Origin: a virus
Taxonomy: Duplodnaviria > Heunggongvirae > Uroviricota > Caudoviricetes
Virus record (IMG/VR): IMGVR_UViG_3300032070_000730
Length of the DNA: 64,000 nucleotides
Reading direction: 5' to 3' (one strand)
Positions 45,500 through 54,867 of the stretch are shown here, piece by piece. The notes below the pieces were generated by a model. The model was given only the letters and a program-made list of their open reading frames with translations, was not told where the DNA came from and did not search any database. The number at the start of each line of letters is the position of its first letter. Position 1 is the stretch's first letter. The position numbers and the translations under genes are program-made.

Positions 45500-46176
45500 G
45501 AACATTCTGTATAATCCCTGCCCGTAATGAAGGAAAGACAATAGAGAAAGTCGTGAAAGGCGTGAGAAAACATTGTGATTTTGTCTATGTAGTGGATGAT
45601 GGAAGCATAGATTCTACAAAATCTGTTCGAGGTGTCGATGGTGTGATTGCAAATCCGTGCAATCTTGGAAAAGGCAGTAGTTTGAGAAATGGGATTTTAT
45701 GGTTGTTCTGGGGAAAAGTGTTGAAGGAAGATGATGTTGTGATATTCATGGACGCTGATGGGCAATTGCCGACAGAATCTATACCAGACTTTCTTGAATT
45801 TATAAAAGACAATGATATGGTTGTCGGAAAAAGAGATTTAAAAGAATATCCTTTACATAAACGATTTGGAAATTTGTTCTTATCAAAATGGTGTTCTCTT
45901 CTTGCTGGAACTAAAATCGATGACAGTGAATGCGGGATGCGAGCCATAAAAGTTCCTTTATTACGGGATATTTTGAGATATTCCTCTTCGAGAAAATATG
46001 CAGTTGAGATGGAAATTGATATTATTGCGGGTCGTTTGGGATATAAAATAAAATTCGTTCCAATAACATCCTCTTATATCAAAGGAAAAGGCGTTACTAT
46101 AAAAGATGGAATACTTAATGCGATAGGTGGTCTTGTCTGCTATTTTAAAATAATGCTCAATGGTGTGAAAAAATGA
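45496..46176 (+). CDS. GT2 glycosyltransferase (dolichol-phosphate sugar synthase-like)
   Basis: FCIIPARNEGKTIE...YVVDDGSIDST...FMDADGQ. Confidence 0.6.
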   Translation: MRTFCIIPARNEGKTIEKVVKGVRKHCDFVYVVDDGSIDSTKSVRGVDGVIANPCNLGKGSSLRNGILWLFWGKVLKEDDVVIFMDADGQLPTESIPDFLEFIKDNDMVVGKRDLKEYPLHKRFGNLFLSKWCSLLAGTKIDDSECGMRAIKVPLLRDILRYSSSRKYAVEMEIDIIAGRLGYKIKFVPITSSYIKGKGVTIKDGILNAIGGLVCYFKIMLNGVKK

Positions 46177-46544
46177 CACATCATGCCCCTCTTATTATAG
46201 ATGAAAAAAGTAGTATTATAATTCCTATTGTTTCAATTCTTATCATATTAATAATACTTTCTGGTATTCACAGGAATGATTGTTATTATTTTCATGTTGC
46301 AGAATGCGAAGATTGTCACAAACAAGGCGGAGATTTTATGGTATGTTCTGGGTTTTGCATAAAACCAAAATCAGACCCGATTATACAAAAAGATAATAAC
46401 ACTTTAATGGTTGACCCATCCCCCTGTAGAGTAAATTTGAATGAAAGTTGCAAGGATAATATCGCTCATGGATGTAACCTTCCAGAAAATGAATATGTAG
46501 ATGGTTGGTGTTTTCCTTTCACCGAATTATGTTGGTGGTTTTAA
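46173..46544 (+). CDS. membrane-anchored Cys-rich protein
   Basis: TM helix then 10 Cys. Confidence 0.3.
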   Translation: MTHHAPLIIDEKSSIIIPIVSILIILIILSGIHRNDCYYFHVAECEDCHKQGGDFMVCSGFCIKPKSDPIIQKDNNTLMVDPSPCRVNLNESCKDNIAHGCNLPENEYVDGWCFPFTELCWWF

Positions 46545-46750
46545 TGGGGATGAATATAGTGAAAGTTTCAGAAAAAGACAAAGAAAAATATTGCAAAGTT
46601 GTGGATGAGATGGGAGAGATATTCAAAAAATTCAAATTAAGTCCTATGGAAATCGCTTATGTGATTCATGTCGCAGAACTAACAGTAAAAGAAAGGGGAT
46701 TAAATATTTTGAGCGAGGATGAGATTTGTGGTGAAAAAGAAGACAATTGA
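46505..46750 (+). CDS. hypothetical protein
   Basis: 81-aa ORF. Confidence 0.25.
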   Translation: MVFSFHRIMLVVLMGMNIVKVSEKDKEKYCKVVDEMGEIFKKFKLSPMEIAYVIHVAELTVKERGLNILSEDEICGEKEDN

Positions 46751-46878
46751 ATTCAAGACTTTGGAGCAGGACATAATGGAAATATTCACGAAAAGAAACA
46801 TAGAAGTGTTGAGCGAAGAAGTTTCTTACGATAAAAAAGAGAAATGTTTTGTCTGGAAAATAAAAGGAAGGAATAAAG

Positions 46879-47169
46879 ATGATAGATAAAGAAGGCAAAA
46901 AGAAAATACGACGAATACTTTTTGCAAAAATACCAGTAGACACAATACTTGCGATAGAAGGCGAACCAAAATTCATAAGAGAACTGTATAAAGCAATGCC
47001 AGACTTTGCCCAGTCATACATACACAACATGGTCAAAAAGTTCAAAGACAATGGTATGATAAAAACAAAAAAAAGCGGAAGAAAGGTTTTTGTAAGTCTT
47101 ACAAAAGATGGTCAGAGATTTGTTAATGTTTTAAGACCAGTAATGAAAAAATGGTGTGATTATGAGTAG
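46879..47169 (+). CDS. winged-helix protein
   Basis: 96 aa; FIRELYKAMPDFAQSYIHNMVKKFKDNGMIKTKKSGRKVFVSLT. Confidence 0.35.
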   Translation: MIDKEGKKKIRRILFAKIPVDTILAIEGEPKFIRELYKAMPDFAQSYIHNMVKKFKDNGMIKTKKSGRKVFVSLTKDGQRFVNVLRPVMKKWCDYE

Positions 47170-47290
47170 AGTATTTTTCGTAAATCCAATGTATTCACGA
47201 GATTTTAGTAAATCAGCAAACGATTGAAGAGTCGACTTTACCTTGACTTTTTCTATCGGCTGAAGATGGCATGCTAAATCTCGTGGACGT

Positions 47291-48637
47291 GTGCAAAGAC
47301 ATTGTGATTTTTTAGCGATGGCTACTGCTGTCACTCGTGAAGCGGGTCATCAGGTATATCTGTTAGATGCACAAGCGAAGAATCTGCCATATCAAAAAAC
47401 AATGGAAATGCTTGAATTTTTCCAACCAGAAATAGTGGTAATCTGGTGCACAACTCCAACGATTTACAATGACATAGCATTTGCAAACATGGTAAAAATA
47501 AAAGATAAAGGATGCATGACGGTTCTTGTCGGTGCACATCCTTCATCGCTTCCAGAAGAGACGCTGAAGATTTCTGATAAGATTGATGCTGTTGCGGTCA
47601 ATGAATTTGATTATACAATCAGAGATTTGGCTAACGGAACTCCTATGGAGAATTGTATTGGTCTTGTTTATAGAAAAGGGAATAAAATAATCAGGAATAA
47701 ACCGAGACCGTTCATTGAAGATTTGAATTCACTTCCATTTCCTGCATGGGAATTTTTAGATGTTTTTGATTATTCTGATGCAGGAAAATTATATCCATTC
47801 ATAACACAGATTGGAAGTAGAGGTTGTCCAAACATCTGCACGTTCTGTCATAATCGTTATACAATCTCTGGCGGAACATTCAGAAAACAATCACCGCAGA
47901 GAAGACTTGACGAGATACAGCATGATTTTGAATTGTTTCCAATGCTAAAAGAAATAATGATTGAGGATGATACTTTAGTTTCAAAAGAAAACGAGCGGGA
48001 TGCATTAGATTTTTGTTGGGAAATAATAAACAGGGGAATGGATTTTACTTGGAGTGCTAATGCAAGACCGAACATCACAAACTCACTTTTGTTAAGAACC
48101 ATGAAAAAATGCGGGGCAAGAATGTTTTGTGTCGGTTATGAAAGTGGTTCTCAAGAAGCATTGAATGTTGTGAACAAGAGAATAACTCTTGATGAGATGA
48201 GAATGTTTTCAAAACTGACAAGGATGAATGATATAGAAGTAAACGGCTGTTTCATGATTGGTTTTCCAAACGAGACGAGGGAATCTGCCTTGCAGACGAT
48301 AGAATTTGCAAAAGAATTGAATCCAAATACGGCACAATTCTCTGTTTTAGTTCCATATCCAGCGACACATTTCTATAATTGGGCAAAACAAAATGGTTTT
48401 ATAGTAGCAAAAGATTGGACTGAATGGGTCGATAATAATTTTGAGCAGGCTACTGTGATTTCATATCCGCAACTTTCAAGGGAAGAAATGACAGAATTTG
48501 CTGACAGGGGTTTAAAGGAATTCTATTTGCGAAAAGATAAAATCATAGAATTGTTATTCAACATAAAATCTATGGCAGATATTCACAGATTCTATCATGG
48601 GATAAGAAGTTATATCAACTATTTTCTGAAAATTTAA
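47291..48637 (+). CDS. B12-binding radical SAM protein
   Basis: B12 domain AMATAVTREAGHQVYLLD...VGAHPS; radical SAM CPNICTFC; GTG start. Confidence 0.6.
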   Translation: MQRHCDFLAMATAVTREAGHQVYLLDAQAKNLPYQKTMEMLEFFQPEIVVIWCTTPTIYNDIAFANMVKIKDKGCMTVLVGAHPSSLPEETLKISDKIDAVAVNEFDYTIRDLANGTPMENCIGLVYRKGNKIIRNKPRPFIEDLNSLPFPAWEFLDVFDYSDAGKLYPFITQIGSRGCPNICTFCHNRYTISGGTFRKQSPQRRLDEIQHDFELFPMLKEIMIEDDTLVSKENERDALDFCWEIINRGMDFTWSANARPNITNSLLLRTMKKCGARMFCVGYESGSQEALNVVNKRITLDEMRMFSKLTRMNDIEVNGCFMIGFPNETRESALQTIEFAKELNPNTAQFSVLVPYPATHFYNWAKQNGFIVAKDWTEWVDNNFEQATVISYPQLSREEMTEFADRGLKEFYLRKDKIIELLFNIKSMADIHRFYHGIRSYINYFLKI

Positions 48638-48677
48638 AGGTTTAAAGATTTAAATTATTAGAAAGCCAGATTCTTTT

Positions 48678-50174
48678 ATGATTCAAGAGGATATTTCAGA
48701 GATTAAAAAGGCTGTAGATAGTAGTTTAGAAAAAATGGACAATTTAATCGAAAGCATAAAACAGGAAAGAGAAAATATTAAGGTTGAATTGGAAAGTAAG
48801 ATAGAACAAATTTCTATAGGAAAATTCAACAAGGAAGAAATCGACGATTTTCTAAAAGAACCCTATGTGATAATCCCAAAACGAGAGAATGAGTTTTATG
48901 TCATCGCTCCAAAATGGATAGATTTTCAGATTGGTTGGCTGGAGAGAATGACAAAAACGTATAATATTTTTGTGGTCAATCGTTATATGCAATGGATTGC
49001 ACCCGTTCCAGAAGTTTTAAAACAAAAATTAAAATTCCCAACGCCATTGCCATTGAAAGTAATAGACGGAGTGTTGTTGACAGGAAAAGAACACCAAGAA
49101 GAAGCATGGAGATTGTATGGAAATTTTTTAAAACAGCGAGAAGGAGAAGATAGAATAAAAATAAGAAGAGGAAGTGAATTTCAACTCATAGCAAAAATGA
49201 TAGAAGATGGAATATTGCCATTCATGCCAAATAAAGTTCAGGAAGAAGACTTAACGGATTGGGCTGGCATAGAATTAAGGCAATATCAGACAGATGCTTG
49301 GAACGAGTTTTTAGACAAGGGTGCTTGCGGGATATTTTGGAGTTTTAGTGCAGGAAAATCTTTGTTTGGTATTTATGCTTTAGCAAGATTAAAAGGAAGA
49401 CATCTTGTAGTTGTCCCGACTTTAACACTCAAAGAACAATGGGAAGAAAGAATAGAAAAATTTATTCCAGAAAAAAGAAATGATATTGAATTAGTTACTT
49501 ATCATGCTTATGACAAAGTTAGGAACAATGAATATGTTTTAATAATTTTCGATGAATGCTCCCATTTGCCCGCAAATACATTTATCAGATTGTCAACAGT
49601 CAGAACAAAATATAGGCTTGGATTTTCTGGCTCTCCATTTAGAGAAGACAAAAGGGAAAATTATATCTTTGCTTTGACTGGTTTTCCAGTGGGTATGTCA
49701 TGGGATGAATTAATAAAAATGAAAGTCATAAAACTACCGATTTTCAGGCTTTTCTTACTTTCAAACAACTTTGAAAAATTGAGAAAATTGGATGAATTAT
49801 TGAAACTTCCAGTGAAAACTTTGATTTTTTGTGACAGTATAGATTTTGGGCAAAAAATAGCAAACAAATTCGATATACCTTTTGTATATGGTGAAACAAA
49901 GGGAAGAATGGATATAATAAGAGAATCTAATACTACTGTGATTTCAAGAGTCGGTGATGAAGGAATATCACTTCCAGAAATAGAAAGAACAATAGAAGTG
50001 TCATTCTTATTTGGTTCAAGAAGTCAAGAAAGTCAGAGATTCGGTAGAGTAATGCATTCGCAGAAGGAAGAACCCGAACACAACATCCTAATGACAGAAG
50101 AAGAATTTGAAAAATATGGCAAAAGATTGAATTCCATTTATGAGCGTGGTGGGAGAATAGAAATTATTCGGTAA
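48678..50174 (+). CDS. XPB/Rad25-like SF2 DNA helicase
   Basis: RQYQTDAW (motif Ia region), P-loop SFSAGKS, DExH FDECSH, XPB motif III GFSGSPFRED, ~190-aa N-terminal extra domain. Confidence 0.6.
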   Translation: MIQEDISEIKKAVDSSLEKMDNLIESIKQERENIKVELESKIEQISIGKFNKEEIDDFLKEPYVIIPKRENEFYVIAPKWIDFQIGWLERMTKTYNIFVVNRYMQWIAPVPEVLKQKLKFPTPLPLKVIDGVLLTGKEHQEEAWRLYGNFLKQREGEDRIKIRRGSEFQLIAKMIEDGILPFMPNKVQEEDLTDWAGIELRQYQTDAWNEFLDKGACGIFWSFSAGKSLFGIYALARLKGRHLVVVPTLTLKEQWEERIEKFIPEKRNDIELVTYHAYDKVRNNEYVLIIFDECSHLPANTFIRLSTVRTKYRLGFSGSPFREDKRENYIFALTGFPVGMSWDELIKMKVIKLPIFRLFLLSNNFEKLRKLDELLKLPVKTLIFCDSIDFGQKIANKFDIPFVYGETKGRMDIIRESNTTVISRVGDEGISLPEIERTIEVSFLFGSRSQESQRFGRVMHSQKEEPEHNILMTEEEFEKYGKRLNSIYERGGRIEIIR

Positions 50175-50211
50175 AACTTAAATTTCTTTAAATCAAATAT
50201 CAACTGTGAAC

Positions 50212-50334
50212 AACAAACCATACTGCGAAAAATGTGATATGAGAATGGATTTTAAGGCTTATGACACGCCAAAAAAGCAACGGGTTTTCAAATGCAGGCA
50301 TTGTGGAAAAATCAAAAAAGTCGATGATTGATGA
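50212..50334 (+). CDS. small zinc-ribbon protein (not in ORF track; start uncertain)
   Basis: ...PYCEKCDMRMDFKAYDTPKKQRVFKCRHCGKIKKVDD. Confidence 0.25.
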
Positions 50335-50523
50335 CGAGTTTTTGGGAAATGGTGATTAATGCAATAGCATCTGGAATAGGGGTATCAATAGGGACATATT
50401 TTGCGAACAAACATCTGATAAAAAACCTTGAGAAGGTTGTTAATAAAATAAATAGAAGAGTAAAAAATGGAAAGAAACTTTAAATTTAAAAAGTTTAAAT
50501 AATTAACGCACAATCTATAGTAT

Positions 50524-50913
50524 ATGGAAAAGAATTCAAAAAAGTATCTTCTCACTGCATTGCCAGACAAAGGATGGAGTTGGGAACGTTATTCTGTAGT
50601 GAATTTGGCTGAAGGAAGTAGTGAAGATGTTTTTTTCTTTGTTTCTGCGTTGGGTCAAGGGCTTGCACAAATAGAGCAACATTGGAAAATCAAAAAAGAC
50701 AGAAAACAAATCCTTGAATGGATGGATTCATGCTTGATACATTGCTTCGGTGCTATGGTAAAAACAACAAATGAATTAAGAAGAGATATGTTTAGTGGCT
50801 GGGTAAGTTTTTTAATGAATTTTATAGAAAGTTTCAGAATATATCACAAAATGCCATCGTCTGATGTCGTGGTGAGAATATGGGCAGAATCTCTGAAAAA
50901 AATGAAAGAGTAA
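50524..50913 (+). CDS. hypothetical protein
   Basis: 129-aa ORF. Confidence 0.3.
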   Translation: MEKNSKKYLLTALPDKGWSWERYSVVNLAEGSSEDVFFFVSALGQGLAQIEQHWKIKKDRKQILEWMDSCLIHCFGAMVKTTNELRRDMFSGWVSFLMNFIESFRIYHKMPSSDVVVRIWAESLKKMKE

Positions 50914-51155
50914 AATTGATAAAAAGAATATTTGGAAACATAGGGAGCAGGGCAGACTATTTTGTAGAAAGGGTCTGCATGAAATGCGATAATTATTTCG
51001 CATGTTTTCCCTGCGGTATTGAATTTGAACCAAAACAGATAGAAGAATGCTTCAGGATACCAGATATTGTCAAGACATGGTTTCAGGCGAAGGCAATTGG
51101 TGTTGTAGAATGCGAACAGCCATTGAAAATAAGTTTCAGAAAATTGAGAGTATGA
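50880..51155 (+). CDS. Cys-rich small protein
   Basis: CMKCDNYFACFPC. Confidence 0.3.
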   Translation: MGRISEKNERVKLIKRIFGNIGSRADYFVERVCMKCDNYFACFPCGIEFEPKQIEECFRIPDIVKTWFQAKAIGVVECEQPLKISFRKLRV

Positions 51156-51307
51156 ATCAAATGACAGTAAAAATTAATTGTGGTTGCAAAGTAGAATGTT
51201 TAATAGACCATCACAATCGTCCTATTTTTGATGATTCATTTTATCTAAAATTTTGCAAGAAACATATCAATTCAGAATTGAAAGTAGTAAAAGAAAAGGC
51301 GGGATAA
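51047..51307 (+). CDS. hypothetical Cys-containing protein (overlaps previous ORF; uncertain)
   Basis: 86-aa ORF. Confidence 0.2.
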   Translation: MLQDTRYCQDMVSGEGNWCCRMRTAIENKFQKIESMNQMTVKINCGCKVECLIDHHNRPIFDDSFYLKFCKKHINSELKVVKEKAG

Positions 51308-51308
51308 T

Positions 51309-51599
51309 ATGATTAACAAAGAACTTGAAAATTGGAGAGGAAGAATAGAAGACAGCAGAAAGAAAAAGGAAAGGGAATTAAGTTCTTATCTGAAGATAAT
51401 GTATTTTATCGGATTCTTTTCCGTAATTTTAAGTTTGTCTATGATAATATTCGATAATGTTTTTCTGTTTTTGTCAGGTGAATTCGGTGTGATTATAGAC
51501 ATGCTTTATGTGCTTATCTTTATTTTTGGTATATCTGGAATGGCTTATGCCCTTTCGACACAAATTATATTTAAAAGAAAAATACCAGAGAGAGTGTGA
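51309..51599 (+). CDS. membrane protein
   Basis: Two TM helices. Confidence 0.3.
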   Translation: MINKELENWRGRIEDSRKKKERELSSYLKIMYFIGFFSVILSLSMIIFDNVFLFLSGEFGVIIDMLYVLIFIFGISGMAYALSTQIIFKRKIPERV

Positions 51600-51871
51600 A
51601 TAATATGGAAGTCAAAATAAATCCAAACGCTTTGAAAGAAGAAATCTATGAACTTCTATTTCATGCAAGAGAAAGCAGGCATTCGTTCCCAATGCTTGAC
51701 AGAATATTATCTACGGCTGAAAAGGAATCGCAGTTGTTTGATAAAGACCAGATGAAAGTAACGGATTTTTTTAAGGTCGGAAAAAAAGGACAGCATATTG
51801 CCATGACAGTCATATTGATAATCTTATTATTCCTTGTCATAATAATAGCATTGCTTGGGGGTTTTAGATAA
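51596..51871 (+). CDS. small membrane-anchored protein
   Basis: C-terminal TM. Confidence 0.3.
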   Translation: MNNMEVKINPNALKEEIYELLFHARESRHSFPMLDRILSTAEKESQLFDKDQMKVTDFFKVGKKGQHIAMTVILIILLFLVIIIALLGGFR

Positions 51872-52731
51872 TGTTCAAAGCAGTAATAAACGATGCTTCA
51901 CATCTTCTCGATATTTTTGCGGTTTCAAATGAAGTTTTCGATGAGATTGTATTAAACCTTGATTCAGAAGGCATAAAAATGATAGCCAATGACAGGGCTG
52001 GAGTCGTCATTTTAAGTTTAAAAATAGAAAAGGGATTGTTCAAAGAATATGCCTGCGATAAAGAAACAAAAATCGCCTTCAACATGCAGGAATTTTATAA
52101 ACTTCTCAAACTGTTCGGCGGAGAAACTACTTTATCACTCGAAGGTGATTATAATCTTGTCCTATCGCAAAAATCACCGTTCAATAAAATATTAAAGTTA
52201 AGGTTGTTCGAGCCAGACGTTAAAAAAGAAGAGAAACTGGAGACATTCCAACTTTATAATTTTAAATTTCCAATAAGAGTAGAACTGAAGACTTCTGCAT
52301 TTGAATCGATAATAAAGGATTGCGGGGAATGCGATAATGTTCTGTTTGATGTTGACACAGAAAGAATAAGATTCTATGGAAAAAGTGGTTTGATGATGAC
52401 TGAATATGATTTCAGGCTTGAGAAAGATAACGACCTTTTACTTCTTATTGAAGCAGAAAAACCTTGCAAGACAATGTTAAATAATGATTATCTTCAACGA
52501 ATCCTCAAAGCCTGTCGTGTATCAGAAAACATGAGAATCGAGATGGAGACAGATTATCCGATAAGATTCAGTTTTGCTGGCGATAATATTCTTATGGTAT
52601 TTTTTGTAGCACCAACAGTTTCTGAAGGTGCTGAAGAACTGGAAGGCAAATTCAATAGCGAACAAAAAGAACAAAAAGAAGAAGCGAGGAAAATCACAAA
52701 GAAGGGAAAGATGACTATAATAGAGGAGTAA
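51871..52731 (+). CDS. pcna: PCNA sliding clamp with ~35-aa K/E-rich C-terminal extension
   Basis: MFKAVINDASHLLDIFAVSNEVFDEIVLNLDSEGIKMIANDRAGVVILSL... has the typical PCNA N-terminal pattern and two-domain length. Confidence 0.8.
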   Translation: MFKAVINDASHLLDIFAVSNEVFDEIVLNLDSEGIKMIANDRAGVVILSLKIEKGLFKEYACDKETKIAFNMQEFYKLLKLFGGETTLSLEGDYNLVLSQKSPFNKILKLRLFEPDVKKEEKLETFQLYNFKFPIRVELKTSAFESIIKDCGECDNVLFDVDTERIRFYGKSGLMMTEYDFRLEKDNDLLLLIEAEKPCKTMLNNDYLQRILKACRVSENMRIEMETDYPIRFSFAGDNILMVFFVAPTVSEGAEELEGKFNSEQKEQKEEARKITKKGKMTIIEE

Positions 52732-52734
52732 ACA

Positions 52735-53010
52735 ATGATGCCCTGTCCTCACTGCAAAGGGAAGACTAAAGTTTTCGATACCCGATTGAATCCTGATAAT
52801 AATGTTCGTCGAAGAAGAAGATGCATGAAATGTGGTTATAGGTTTTCGACGATTGAAGCAGAAAAATCAAAACAAGATAAAAAAACAGGGGAATGGACTG
52901 GTTCAATAAACAATGTAATGAAAGAAGGTTATCAGAGGTCTGCCAAAGAAAATTCAAAAGTAGCAGAAGAGATGGGAAAGTTGGAAGTGAAGGATGAAGA
53001 ATATGGTTGA
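52735..53010 (+). CDS. NrdR-like zinc-ribbon protein lacking the ATP-cone
   Basis: MPCPHCKGKTKVFDTRLNPDNNVRRRRRCMKCGYRFSTIE closely matches the NrdR N-terminal Zn-ribbon consensus (CP-C...V-DSR...RRRR-C--CG-RFTT-E); the rest is unrelated. Confidence 0.45.
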   Translation: MMPCPHCKGKTKVFDTRLNPDNNVRRRRRCMKCGYRFSTIEAEKSKQDKKTGEWTGSINNVMKEGYQRSAKENSKVAEEMGKLEVKDEEYG

Positions 53011-53749
53011 TTACGAACAGGAAGTCATGGAAGAAGGAAGCAAGAAACAAAAAAAGAAGAATGAAGAAATGATGCACACAGAGTCAGTAGAAGAGATAAA
53101 ACTTGAAAAAACAGACCTTCCTTGCCCGATATGCGGTAAATCATTGTATCTTACCAAAACTAAAAGAAACTTTGCTTGGAAATGTCTTGATGGTTGTAAA
53201 AATTTTGATAGTAATAAACCACAAGATATATTTTCGCATAGAAAGCGGGAACTTGAAGTTTTACCAATACTGAAAAAATTATTCAGTCAATTAATTTTCA
53301 AAGAGAACATCCCGATTGATACTGACATTCTTTCTGGTGAAATGGGTAAAGCAAAAGTCAGATATGACTGTGGTGTTTATTGGTTTGGAAGGAAGATTGC
53401 AAAATTGAAAATTTCTGTTTTACAAAATACGACAAGAGAAAATTATCTCAATGCCGAAGAGCAGTATATTCAGGGTAACAGAGAAGTTTTTAAATATCTG
53501 GCTAAAATTGGAACAATTATGGTTTTTTATTTTGTAGATGAGCCAGATGAAATGAAAAAAATTGCTATGGCTGACTGTAGAGAAATGTTGAAATTTTCAA
53601 CAATAGTCAAAGACAGATTTTTGAATGAACAATATCATTTACCGAAAGAGATAAGAAGGTTAATAATCAAAACAGATTTTCAGGATTTTAAAAATTTGCT
53701 CTTCCGAAGATTTTTTGATATAATCACGGAAGGGACATACATTGTTTGA
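52994..53749 (+). CDS. hypothetical protein with zinc ribbon
   Basis: CPICGK...CLDGC; 251 aa. Confidence 0.3.
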   Translation: MKNMVDYEQEVMEEGSKKQKKKNEEMMHTESVEEIKLEKTDLPCPICGKSLYLTKTKRNFAWKCLDGCKNFDSNKPQDIFSHRKRELEVLPILKKLFSQLIFKENIPIDTDILSGEMGKAKVRYDCGVYWFGRKIAKLKISVLQNTTRENYLNAEEQYIQGNREVFKYLAKIGTIMVFYFVDEPDEMKKIAMADCREMLKFSTIVKDRFLNEQYHLPKEIRRLIIKTDFQDFKNLLFRRFFDIITEGTYIV

Positions 53750-53856
53750 GGTGTTTGAATGAGTTATGACGATTTGGAATTCGAGAATGAAGAAGGAGAC
53801 GAAAGTTCGGGAGATGACGACGAAGAAGAAGATTCTGAAACACATGATGCAGAAGA

Positions 53857-54867
53857 GTGAAAATAATGTTAGAAGGGAAAATAGTGAATATTAGAAAAAT
53901 GGAACAAATATTAAAGGAATATTTTGAAAATGGAACAGGAACGCCAACCATAGGAATAAAACATGGTATTAATCCAACGACTATACAAAAATGGTTAGGG
54001 GGAAAACACAGAAAAAACGAAGTTAATTTTTTGATGAAAAAAAATAATTGGAGATTAAATAAAAAATTAAGAAAAAAAGTATTTTCTAATGGACATAAAA
54101 TAAGAGGTTTAAATAGACGAAAAGAGATTTTATCAGGTTTTAATAAAGAAATGGCTTATATGTTTGGTGCTATTATTGGAGATGGCTCGGTATCTGAAGA
54201 TGGTATTTCTTTTAATTTATGGGATAATAATTTTGTAAAGGAATGTTTAAAAAATGGAGAAAGGGCTTTCCATATTAAAGGTATGTTTAAAATTTCTTAT
54301 TGGAAGGGGTATAAGACAAAATATTATACATTAAATTTTTATTCGAGAAATTTGAGAGATTTTTTTAGAAAATTTAAAAAATCAACAAAATTTTGGTTAA
54401 TTCCACAACAAATTAAAAATAACACTCAACTAAAGATTAATTTTTTAAAAGGATTTTTTGATGCAGAAGGATGTGTTGTCTTTAGTTTACTAAAATATAA
54501 AAATAAAACATATAAACGATGTTATATTTCTTGTAGTTCCACAAGTTTAGGGGGTCTAAAACAAATTTCCGCTCTTCTCAATAATTTGAAAATATATCAT
54601 GGTTTTTATTCCTATAAAAATAATTATGAATACAGAATAACAATATATAGAGAATCATTAGAAAGATTTAATATTCTGATAGGATTTAGAGTTGAAAAAT
54701 TCAATTTGCGTTTAAATTCTTATTTAAAAGAGGTGATGAATAATGGGAGAACAAAAATATTTAATCCTCGACATCGAAAGGTTAATGAATTAAATTTTAA
54801 TCCGATAAACGACAGGATTAGATGCGAACACATCCCAATTAATATCAATCGGAACAATGAATCTTGA
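53857..54867 (+). CDS. free-standing double-motif LAGLIDADG homing endonuclease with N-terminal HTH
   Basis: MFGAIIGDGSVS and LKGFFDAEGCVVFS LAGLIDADG blocks. Confidence 0.7.
   Translation: MKIMLEGKIVNIRKMEQILKEYFENGTGTPTIGIKHGINPTTIQKWLGGKHRKNEVNFLMKKNNWRLNKKLRKKVFSNGHKIRGLNRRKEILSGFNKEMAYMFGAIIGDGSVSEDGISFNLWDNNFVKECLKNGERAFHIKGMFKISYWKGYKTKYYTLNFYSRNLRDFFRKFKKSTKFWLIPQQIKNNTQLKINFLKGFFDAEGCVVFSLLKYKNKTYKRCYISCSSTSLGGLKQISALLNNLKIYHGFYSYKNNYEYRITIYRESLERFNILIGFRVEKFNLRLNSYLKEVMNNGRTKIFNPRHRKVNELNFNPINDRIRCEHIPININRNNES

Noticed and set aside
50385-50570. Minus-strand ORF 50385..50570
   Set aside because: Antisense to two plausible plus-strand small genes (a zinc ribbon at 50212-50334 and a membrane peptide at ~50333-50485); translation is a low-complexity Phe/Tyr/Asn string.
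54791-54808. Stop-codon (TAA) reassignment to explain the in-frame stops in the exonuclease gene
   Set aside because: The vast majority of well-supported genes in the window terminate compactly at TAA with overlapping downstream starts, so TAA is a functional stop here; pseudogenisation or an internal restart is more likely.
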